NCBI GenBank assembly: GCA_964016885.1
Contig: OZ024744.1
Location: 44,268,001-44,332,000 of the forward strand
Origin: Eledone cirrhosa
Lineage: Eukaryota
Direction: 5' to 3'
Length of the DNA: 64,000 nt
Position numbers and translations under genes: made by a program
Notes under the pieces: model-generated
Told to the model about the DNA's origin: nothing
What the model saw: the letters and a program-made list of their open reading frames with translations, nothing else
Database searches by the model: none
Shown here: in pieces, positions 13,503 through 24,680 of the stretch
Position numbering within the stretch: the first letter of the stretch is position 1
Layout: every line of letters starts with the position of its first letter

Positions 13503-14120
13503 TGTTTAGCTGCAAGTCAACTAAGAACGAGAGTAGCTTAAAAGGTGTCCTAACTGAACATAAAGTGTGTCCCTCACTCGAAAAAGCAGTGGATTCGACT
13601 GCTATTTCTAGCAAGTCGACCATCTCATTCACTAGACGAAGACACATTTCAATATTAAACTAGAACGCCCAGATATTTGAATTGAAACGGAGTTAGTTGT
13701 TGTTGTTGTTGAAAATAAAGATGACAGAATGGTTAATTTTGGTTAGATATAAAATTTACTTCACTTCAGTTAGAAAAGGAAAAAGGAATATGATTACTTC
13801 TAATCATAAAAGTACAAAGTTGTATGTAAACATTCGTAAATGAATACCGCGTTTTTGAAGTTTTGTTGAAGATACTTTGTTTTATGTTTTATGCTGAAAT
13901 AGAAGGTGACAGGTGACGTCATTACTATCACCATAGAAGTTAAAAGCCAAGTGACCAGGGAAGGTGTCGTCTCTTTTGTAACAGAAAATTCTCTCTCTGT
14001 CCTCGTTCCATGACAGCCTATTTACTCTTTGATCAAACATCGATGACCTCCTGCTGCGTTATCTTTCATAGGAATGGCCATGTCAGTGAGAGGAAACGCT
14101 GGAACATTTCATTCGCTACA
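13503..14120 (-). repeat. Repeat X, probable solo LTR (TGTAG...AAACA on minus strand)
   Basis: Its start tgtagcgaatgaaatgttccagcg matches the sequence directly after the Gypsy-2 PPT at 18611; no TSD found. Confidence 0.55.
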
Positions 14121-14294
14121 CACCATCATTAATTCAAGGGAATTAATTTGAAAAAATATAGGGGAAATAACTTCCATTTAACATTACTTTCTCTGACTAC
14201 AGTTTAAAGCAGCGGTGGCCAACTGGTGGTCCGATAGAAAATGTTGATGGTCCGCAGAAAGATTTGGACATTATTTGCAATTTCTATGTCTTAT

Positions 14295-14795
14295 TAATAA
14301 TGGTTTCTTATATAGGCACAAGGCCAGCAATTTTGGGGGAGGAGAAAGTCGATTAAATCGACACTAGTGCGTGACTAGTACTTTATTTTATCGACCCCGT
14401 AAAGATGAAAGGCAAAGGTAACCTCGGCGGTATATGAACTCAGATTATAAAGGGCCGTAACTCTAAGCTGCAAACCATGGCTTCCGACCCTCTACCTATA
14501 CTGCCAATCCACTGCCCCATGTCTTATTAATAATTGTTTCTACTTTTTGGCACAAGGCCAGCAATTACCCAGTGCATTACTGGTACTTTATTTTATCGAC
14601 CCCGTAAGGATGATAGGCAATGTCAACCTCAGCGGGATTTGAACTCAGATCGTTAAGGGACGTAACTATGCTGGAAAGCATGGCATCCGACCCTCTACCG
14701 ATACTGCCAATCCACCTATTAATAATTGGCAAGGGCCGTAACTATATACGTCAAAGCATGGCGTCCGACCCTCTACCTATACTGCCAATCCACCG
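14295..14795 (-). mobile_element. Cluster of three SINE copies (two full length, one head fragment)
   Basis: Reverse complements of the SINE; the 14295-14515 copy has a different 3' part (ggagaaagtcgattaaatcgac). Confidence 0.85.
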
Positions 14796-15299
14796 CCCTA
14801 ATCCAACTATTAATAATAAAACAAAATTAATATTAGGTTAAAATATATTTTATAGCTCCCTTCCCCTAAACAAAATCCTCCTCAGTAAAGAACTAACATC
14901 CATGAATTTTACATATATGTGTCATCTATCGACAATATGATGCATGTATGCTTCAGTATTGTTTCTACCATTACAACAGTTATCCCGCTCCGCAAATACC
15001 GATTCTCATCCGATTGTTTTATTTTATTTGGCTTTGATAGCTTTGTTTGTTCTTAGATTCCAATGAAATAAACCCATAATGAGTGAGAAAAAGCAAGCGA
15101 CTATATTGCATTTCTTTAGTAATACCAAAGTAACTATTGATAATAATAACACTAGTAATACTTCACTTAACCGTGAGTTGATCAATGAATCAGAGCCTCT
15201 ACAGTCCACGTCAGGCAACAAGAAGAAGAACATTCTAACTAGAGGAGGATTTGGTTCAGATATATCGAGGTCCAATTTCAAACACATAATGTTTCGGTA

Positions 15300-18200
15300 G
15301 ACAGGACCAAAATTTCTCCTTTTGTCTGGCCACTTCCCCTTGAAAGCCTGCAGAAGATCCAGGATTTGTTGACAGCCCCACCAGGTACATATTCATATGC
15401 TACCTTAAGGTCCGAACTTATAAAGCGGACATCCCTCTCTCAGCAGCAAAAGATTAACCAGCTTCTTTATTCGAGAGCGTTAAGCGATAGGAAACCGTTA
15501 CAGTTCTTAAGACAGTTAAAACAACTGTTGGGTGAGAACACCATGGAGTCGGCCATCTTGAAACAACTTTTCCTACAAAGGCTGCTGCCAGCAACTCGCG
15601 GCATTTTGGCGGCCAGTAAAGCATCCACTCAAATCGAGGTGCTAGCGGATTCAGCTGATAGAATAATGGAGGTAGCAGCACCACGGTCATTTGTGGCCCA
15701 AGAGAGACACACACATCCACTAATAAGTTCATTTTCTTCCCCTCTTTCTTCCTCGTTTTTTCCTTCTTCTCCTTCCTCGTCTTCTGTCTCGGAGATGAGA
15801 CAAGAGGCACAATTGAACGCACTTATGGCTAAACTGCAGATACAGCCTCGCAGCAACGCCAGCTCATCTCGGCGCGATTTACATCAGCGCCCGCGAGATC
15901 CGAGCGACCGATCCCTTATGCTATCACCACAGTAAATTCGGTGAAAGGGGCCGTAAATACCTATTGCCCTGTTCTTTTAGAAGGGATTCCCGTCATGTTC
16001 CGGGTAACGACGTGGCCAGGTAGAAACGATGGCAACTACACCTGGCTCTTCCAAATCTAGTCTCTTGTTCCACATTAGCGACCGATCTACCGGTTTCTAG
16101 TGGACACCGGGTGGAGGTTAGAGTCATACCATCTGCCCTGGTGCCAGGTAGTAGGGAACCCACAGCAATGCTTCTCAAGGCGCTGAACCACTCTGTTATA
16201 CCCACATGCGGAGAAAAGTCCTTAACCCTGGATCTTGGGCTCCGCCGAATTTTCCAGTTGGTTTTTGTCATCGCCAAGTTGCCGACTCCGATCCTAGAAG
16301 CGGATTTTCTACTCCATTTTGGCCTCCTGGTGGACGTTAAACACAACAGACTGATTAATTCCACTACTGGTCTGAATGATCGCGGTATCAGCACAATGGC
16401 ACCCTCCCTCAACCTTGTATTTTTTTAACCAGGCAGTCTGGCATATACGACGTTATTCTGAGCAGGCATCCTGACATCTCACACCCTATTTTTAACAGTC
16501 GGCCGGTGACCCACAGTGTTACGCATCATATCGTGACCAAGGGCCCTCCGGGTTCTGCTAAACCATGGTGACTCGCTCCTGACCACGCTAAGATCGCTAA
16601 AGCAGAGTTCGATCATGTGTTGGAACTGGGCATTGTTCGTCCATCCAGTAGCAGCTGGTCTTCACCACTTCACATGGTTCCCAGAAATCTGTAGGTGATT
16701 GGCGACCGTGTGGAGACTATCAGTTTTTTAACACACACAATACCCAATAAGTACCCTGTACCTCACTGAATTTCTCTGCTACCCTACATGGTGCTAGGAT
16801 CATTTCAAAAATTGACCTCGTGTGGGCGTACAACCAGATTCCTGTTGAACCGGATGACATACTTAAAACGGCCATTACAACTCCTTTCACCCTCTTCAGA
16901 GTTTCTTAGACTGCCATCCGGTTAACGCAATGTTGCATCAACCTTCCAGCGTTTCATCGACACAGTAGTACGTGGTTTACCCTACGTCTACTCGTATATT
17001 GATGATATGCTGATAGCCAGCACATCCCGTGAGGAACACGAAAGGAACCTACAATTGCTTTTCGAGCATTTTTCTTAGTTTGGCGTCATCAGCAACCCCA
17101 GAAAATGCCTTTTCAGTGTTTCTTCCCTTGATTTTCTGGGACACAATATCGACAAACAAGGAATCCGACCCCGTCACGACAAAGTTAAGTCCATTTTAGA
17201 TTTTCTCACTCCAACGTACCCGAGGAAAGTACGTGAGCTCCTCGGCCTCATAAACTTTTACTGCCCATTCATACTTCGTTGTGCAGAGTTTCTCCAGCCG
17301 CTAACAGACATCCTAAGGCAGTGCAATCGGAAGAACCAGCTTATCACTTTCGATGATGCACAAGCAGCTGCTTTTCTTAAAATGAAGAGGGTCTTGACAG
17401 AGGCCACAGTGTTGGTTTATCTCAAACCTGACGCACCGCTTTGTCTGTTCGTCGATATATTGGATGTCGGGGTCGGTGGCGTCCTCCAACAATGTGTAGA
17501 CAATGCATGGCAACCAATTTCATTCTTCTCTAGGCGACTCAAACCTGCTGAAACAAAGTATAGCACATTCGGTCGGGAATGTTTGGCAGCGTACCTCAGT
17601 GTGAGACATTTCCGGCACATATTAGAAGGTTCTGTGTTTCCACAGATACGCGTTTCCAACATATTAACATCGTCAGAGCACTGCCTCCTGTTAGGGGTTG
17701 CACTCAGCTTTTGACCTGTGCGGATAGATTCTCCCGGTGGCCTGAGGCCATTCCCCTTTCCGACACTGCAGCTGAATCTATTGCCAAGGCACTAGTACAG
17801 CATTGGATTTCGCGTTATGGCACACCTTCTACCAACACAATGGACAGAAGCGGCCAGTTCGAACCGAACCTTTTTAACAAATTGACACGCCTCCTAGGTT
17901 GTAGCCGAATAAATACAACAGCTTATCACCCTACAGCTAACGGTATGGTGGCACGTTTCCATCCACAATTAAAATCTTCTCTCAGAGCATATGTCAACAA
18001 CAACAACTTGTTAGACATTTTACCCCTTATCACTCTTGGAATTCGCTCCACTGTAAAAGAGGGACTCGGTTTTATGCCAGCTGCGCTGGTTTATGGCACG
18101 ATATTGGTATTACCCGTCTTAGATCCAATGAACTATATATATCACCTGTGGACCCACATGGCAAACCTGCCATCTGTTGCCCCTCGCCCTCAAAGTAACA

Positions 18201-18640
18201 CTACTCAAATTCCATCTGACATACAGCAACGGAGAGACATTTTTGTCAGAAAGGACACTATCAGAGCTCCTTTGCAACCAGGGTCCTACCAGGTACTCAA
18301 AAAGACACCCAAGCATTTTATCTTGGACACTGTCAGTGTCTACCGGCTAAAAATACTCATGTGGATTTCAATGGACCCTAACCGTACCAGGTTAACCTAA
18401 CATCAACGCTCCCACGCACCGGCAATCCTAACTCTGTGCCAACAACAAGAACCATATCCGGTCGACATGTGTACTGGCCATCTTCCTATGCCCAATATGT
18501 CGAGTAACAGTATCCTCTCTCTCTATTTACAAGGTAAGTAGGTGACAGTTTTTGGTCCGAGGTTATTGGTTCTCTATTTCACTACCGTTTCGATCTGGGC
18601 GGGAAACTAATATGGCGAAAGAAATGTTCCAGCGTTTCTT
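15300..18640 (+). mobile_element. Decayed Ty3/Gypsy element (gag-pol) with internal deletion
   Basis: gag LSDRKPLQFLRQ; FLVDTG protease; YSYIDDML at about 16990; RNase H FFSRRLKPAETKYSTFGRE; integrase DRFSRWPEAIP; PPT-like site at about 18596; 5' LTR not seen. Confidence 0.9.
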
Positions 18641-18741
18641 CTGTAATCCAGGTTTAAACCGTAGTCAGAGAACGTAATGTCAAATAGAAGTTATTTCCCC
18701 TACATTTTTTCAAATTAATTCCCTTGAATTGATGATGGTGT

Positions 18742-19180
18742 GTAGCGAATGAAATGTTCCAGCGTTTCCTCTCACTCACATGGCCATTCCTATGAAAAAG
18801 AACACAGCAGAAGGTCATCGACCTTTGAGCAAAAAATAACCAGCGTTCGATGAATAGGCTGTCATGGAAAGAGGACAGACAGAGAATTTTCTGTAACAAA
18901 AGAGACGACACCTTCCCTGGTCACTTGGCTTTTAACTTCTATGGTGATAGTAATGACGGACGATAGCCTGCCACCTTCTATTTCAGTATAACACATAAAA
19001 CAAAGTATCTTCAACAAAACTTCAACAACACGGTATTCACTTACGAATGTTTACATACAACATTGTACTTTTATGATTAATAGTAATGATATTCCTTTTC
19101 TAACTGAAGTGAAGTAAATTTTATATCTAACCGACATTAACTATTCTGTCCTATTTATTTTCAACAACAACTACTAACCT
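18742..19180 (+). repeat. Repeat X / probable LTR copy
   Basis: Begins TGTAGCGAATG; inverted copy of 13700-14120. Confidence 0.6.
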
Positions 19181-19209
19181 AGTTTCAGAAAGGGCAGATC
19201 TGACTGTAT

Positions 19210-20015
19210 AGGAAAGTAGGAGAAAGGACTATAAATGTTATAAATGAGAGGAAACGTATGGTAAAACAAAGACTATGAGGTCACGGAAGAGGGAGGAGGG
19301 ATAGGAGGGATGTCTGGGGTCAGGTGGTGTTTGGGCTGCACACCGCGGACAAAACTGCAAGGTCATTTCCGCGGGCAATGGCCAGCTACACCGCTGCAAC
19401 AGCCACCCCACCTAGCGGAGCTCCTTCTTCAGAGGGGCTACTGTTCTGATTTTACGGAGGAGCTTGGCAATACGGGGTCTGATGACGACTGAGTTCTTGG
19501 CGGTGACCCGTGCAGAGAGGAAGCGGCCAGACAATCCCCGGTATTTACTTGTCTTCCTATCCTTTGTATTGTGGGCCGAAATACCGGGGTTTGTGGCCAA
19601 AGAAACAAAATAGGGGCGGAGAACGTATTACAGCATTTAGCATCTTAGATGAGGGATTTGCCTCCTTCCAATGAAAAGAGGGTAATTCCGCCGGGGCGCT
19701 TGCCATCTCTGCTGCCGAGGCATGCTGGCTCCAGTTGTGATGGGAAACCAGCTGAATCCAGGGTCCTTCTTAATTTGTCATTGAGATCGGCATGTCGGGA
19801 GTACCGGCCTGCGTTCTGGTGACATGATAGTGGATGCAGCCCAAACCCACCAACAACAGCCCGACAACAGTATTTATGTGAACCCCAAACGTGGAGGCCA
19901 GGGCGTTGGGTCACTCAGATGTGTGTGCACTCGTCATCAACAAGGGTACCGGTTGATGAGGAGAGCACAGATTTGAGCAATGCATCGCTGTTTGGCTGCG
20001 AAACAGATCGGAGAC
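19210..20015 (-). pseudogene. CRE-like non-LTR fragment
   Basis: GLHPLSC..GRYSRHADLND..LEP..DGKRPGG; inverted homolog of 12670-13360. Confidence 0.85.
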
Positions 20016-20090
20016 AATATCTTGGACTTCCAACAAAAGTAAAATTACAGCAACTACCTAATTCTTGTGCATTGAGTACTCCTTCCTTTA

Positions 20091-20212
20091 TGATCTGAGT
20101 TCAAATCCTGTCGAGGTTAACTTTGCCTTTCATCCTTACGGGGTCGATAAAATAAAGTACCAGTAATGCATTGTGATAATTGCTGGCCTTGTGCCAAAAG
20201 TAGAAAGAGTTA
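20091..20212 (+). mobile_element. 5'-truncated SINE
   Basis: B-box, core and tail; a homologous empty site lies near 7795-7805. Confidence 0.85.
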
Positions 20213-20264
20213 TTTACAGAACCTTTTAGAAGCGAATACTCTTCAACCTTAAGCAAACATACAG

Positions 20265-20556
<292 letters not shown>

Positions 20557-20711
20557 GTACACATACATATCTCACTTTGGCAGTGTTGGTGGGAGAGAGC
20601 TGTGGTAGTAAGAAGAGTACAGACAACAGTGACAGTAGGAGTAGGGTGTGTGACGTCATAAGATGGACGCTGTAGAAAGTTTTGAGATAGGTGGGTTGGT
20701 AGGGAGGTATA

Positions 20712-21280
20712 TCTACTATAGAAGTCCCGTTCTGTCTGTCTGTGTAAAGTATTATAACTTGCGTATTGTTCATCGATCTCGCTAAAATGTTACACATTAC
20801 CAAAGGAGGATGCGAGACGTGTCAATAACAACTATTATTGCATAATTGTTACTTTCAATGTGATAATCGCCATGTTTCTAATACTTGTGTGTCTTTGCGT
20901 TAAAACATCTCCATTAGAACTGCCGTAAGCAGTAACCCGGCTGAGAAAGAGAAGGAAGTAGAAAGTGCAGAGTAGAAGAGAGAGAGGGACAGAAAAAGAA
21001 AGAGAGAGAACGTCTATAGGAGGGAAACAGCGACAGAAAGAAAGAGACAAAGAAAAAAGGTTGAGAGAGAGAAGGCTGTGTGAGAGAAGGGACTGGCAAA
21101 AAGAGAGAGAAAGAAGAGGCTGTGTGAGAGGGGAAAGAAAGAGAGAGTGAGACAGTAAGTAACCACATGTGAGAAGAGAAGCAGACGACAAGATAAAATA
21201 TTAAACACGATATTGAAAAATATTTTTGTAAATATGGCAATATTTTATATATACATACATGCATAGATAAATCTACATAT
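20712..21280 (+). mobile_element. Helitron A 5' end module, unit 1
   Basis: A|TCTACTATA..GTCCCGTTCTGTCTG; the same start follows the CTAG 3' end at 47147. Confidence 0.75.
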
Positions 21281-21760
21281 ACAATTGCATGTGTATAGTA
21301 AAGAATATGTGTATGTACGCATATGAAAACACGTATACATAAATGAAGGTAGAAGTAAAATAGGTATTTAGTAGTTGATAGACGACTATATACGCACATA
21401 TAAATAAGAATATATACATACATTAAAATATAAAAATGAAATGGTAAAATAATATAATAAAAATTAAAGATAAAAATAAAAATAATAAAATTAAAATAAA
21501 TAACCTTATGCAAAAAAAAAAATATATAAATTATAAATGAATAAAAACAAACATAAAATGATCAAAAATAAATATAAAATAAGAATAAAAATTAAAATTA
21601 AAATAATAATAAAAATGAAATAAAAACAAGCATGCACACTTCCGGAGGTAAAGACAAAAAACATAAACAAAAGGCGAAGAAACAAAAAACTAAATTAAAA
21701 CACAAAAAACACACTCATAGAAAAGCAATAAAAAGTTAGGGCTAAACACACACAGTTCAC

Positions 21761-22575
21761 ACAAATACATACATACATATATGGCGACGTACACAAATAT
21801 ACATATACACACATACATACATATATGGCGACGTACACAAATATACATATACACAAATACATACATACATATATGGCGACGTACACAAATATACATATAC
21901 ACACATACATACATGAATATATGGCGACGTACACAAATATAGATATACACACATACATACATGCATATATGGCGACGTACACAAATATACATATACACAC
22001 ATACATACATGCATATATGGCGACGTACACAAATATACATATACACACATACATACATGAATATATGGCGACGTACACAAATATACATATACACACATAC
22101 ATACATGCATATATGGCGACGTACACAAATATACATATACACACATACATACATGCATATATGGCGACGTACACAAATATACATATACACACATACATAC
22201 ATACATATATGGCAACGTACACAAATATACATATACACAAATACATACATGCATATATGGCGACGTACACAAATATACATATACACACATACATACATAC
22301 ATATATGGCGTGGTACACAAATATACATATACATATATACATACATACATATATGGCGACGTACACAAATATACATATACACAAATACATACATGCATAT
22401 ATGGCGACGTACACAAATATACATATACACAAATACATACATACATATATGGCGACGTACACAAATATACATATACACACATACATATATGGCGACGTAC
22501 ACAAATATACATATACACAAATACATACATACATATATGGCGACGTACACAAATATACATATACACAAATACAAA
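21761..22575. repeat. 48-bp minisatellite ATATGGCGACGTACACAAATATACATATACACACATACATACATGCAT
   Basis: About 17 units; second array at 58228-58450. Confidence 0.95.
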
Positions 22576-22679
22576 CATGAACATTTGAAAGATGAGCAAG
22601 GGTAAGGGGTGTGTGATATAGTGAGACAATGTCAAAGGTATGGATACATATATTATTATATATGTATCCATACCTTTGA

Positions 22680-22840
22680 CATATATAATAATACATATAT
22701 AATAATACATATATAATAATACATATATAATAATACATATATAATAATACATATATAATAATACATATATAATAATACATATATAATAATACATATATAA
22801 TAATACATATAGAATAATACATATATAATAATACATATAT
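22680..22840. repeat. 16-bp tandem repeat ATATATAATAATACAT
   Basis: Direct observation; second array at 58520-58700. Confidence 0.95.
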
Positions 22841-22841
22841 A

Positions 22842-24250
22842 TTTCGTTTCTGAATTTGTTTAGCAAGATTCTTTATCTGAAAACGTGTGTTGAAACCGAT
22901 ATTGTTATACTTTGGGAGGGTCATGTTGCCAATAAGAAACACACGCACCAGGTCTTTACACTTCAATTTATTATAATAAATTTATAAATTTAGGAATTTA
23001 TAAATTTCTGGTTGGTTCCACAACCAGATTGTTGTTTATATATTGTCAAAGTTCTTTCGTCACACATTCTGTGACCTCTTCAGTGACTGGGGATTCTTTT
23101 CTTTGTTTTTGCGCCTCTCCTTTGTCCTGTCCTACGCATTTTGTTTCTGTGTGTGTGCTGTATGCTCAGTCTGCGCATGCGCCACATCCGGGTGTCTGTG
23201 TGTGTTTATATTCGTTTATTTATTTGTTTATTTACATGTTACCGGTTGGTTGTTTGTTCTATGTGTGTGTGTGTTTTCATTTTGTCCTTAATTGTAAGTT
23301 GTGATGTTGCTGTTCCACTCATATTTTCTATTTAATTTTGGTTGTAATTCTTTTATGTTTATTGCCTCTGTGATTTGTCTAAACATTGCGTCTTTTCTGT
23401 GTGTAGATTCTATTTTTATTTCTATGTTCTCTAATTTACCCTTGTGTTCTATCTTAGCATATTGGTAGAGTACAGATGATTCTTTATTATCTTGAAGGTC
23501 TCGCCAGTGTTCATTTATCCGTTCCCCTACACTACGAGCTGTCTCACCTATGTACACTATATTTTTGTCTCTACATTGTCCTTCAGTACATCTTATGCTA
23601 TACACTACATTTCTAGTTTTACAGTTAATATGGGAGCTTAATTTACAGGTTATACATTTCTTATCTATACAGGGTGGGAGGGGGGGGGGGTCTTTGAAAA
23701 GGGTATGTCTTGCTAATAAGTGTTTTTACGGAGGTACCTGGTCTTTCTACTATCTTAATATTGAGTTTATGTTTGTCTAGGGCCCTTCTAAATTTGTAAG
23801 CTAATTCACCTCTAGGGGTTGTATCGATGAACATTACACTCTGGTATTTATTGCTATCATACCATGAGTTTATTCTATTAGTCTTATTCCTAGTTCTTTC
23901 TATTCTATTCCAAAATTTGCTCCTATACAAGGGGCAGGTCCCATTTGCGTCATTATTTACCATTTTTTCCCATTTGGTTCTGGCTCCTCTATACACTCTG
24001 ATTTTAACTCTCTGATTGTAACCAGAGAACTGCATACGGTGGATGAAGTGTTGTATGTGTCTCTCTAGTTCTTCGGGGTTGCACATGCGGGACACGTTTC
24101 TCATCACCCATACCAAATCCGCAATCAGTATGTTTAGGAATAAGACTAATAGACTAAACTCATGGTATGATAGCAATAAATACCAGAGTGTAAATGTTCA
24201 TCGATACAATCCCTAGAGATAAATTAGCTTACAAATTTAGAAGGACAAAT
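22842..24250 (-). mobile_element. 5'-truncated Penelope-like element, same family as 31908-35020, with 5' inversion
   Basis: GIY-YIG VVYSIRC..YIGETARS.GERINEH; 24150-24245 is an inverted copy of about 23785-23880. Confidence 0.9.
23045..23087 (-). ncRNA. Type I minimal hammerhead ribozyme
   Basis: GUCA-CUGAAGA-G-GUCACA/UGUGAC-GAAAG-AA-CUU-UGAC. Confidence 0.75.
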
Positions 24251-24272
24251 TTAGACAAAAAAGGAAGCGGAG

Positions 24273-24356
<84 letters not shown>

Positions 24357-24361
<5 letters not shown>

Positions 24362-24680
24362 CTGTGTGAGAGAAGGCACTGGCAAAAAGAGAGAGAAAGA
24401 AGAGTCTGTGTGAGAGGGGAAAGAAAGAGAGAAAATGTCTATAGGAGGGAAACAGCAACAGAAAGAAAGAGACAAAAAAGTAAGCGGAAGGGGTAGAGAG
24501 AGAGATAAGGCTGTGTGAGAGAAGGGACTGGAAAAAGAGAGTGAAAGAAGAGGTTGTGTGAGAGGGGAAAGAAAGAGAGAGTGAGACAGTAAGTAACCAC
24601 ATGTGATGAAATGGAAGAGAAGCAGACGACAATATAAAATATTAAACACGATATTAGAAAAATATTTTTGTAAATATGAC
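24357..24680 (+). repeat. Helitron A arm module copy
   Basis: aaggctgtgtgagagaaggg...gagacagtaagtaaccacatgtg...taaatatg, as at 21070-21240. Confidence 0.8.

Noticed and set aside
14210-15300. hAT-like end CAGCGGTGGCCAAC and a possible transposase N-terminus (MSEKKQATILHFF)
   Set aside because: No partner TIR, TSD or catalytic domain found; too weak to call
21690-22966. Long ORFs of 214-423 aa, and a possible CRISPR-like array
   Set aside because: Products of stop-free 48-bp and 16-bp tandem repeats; no unique spacers and no cas genes
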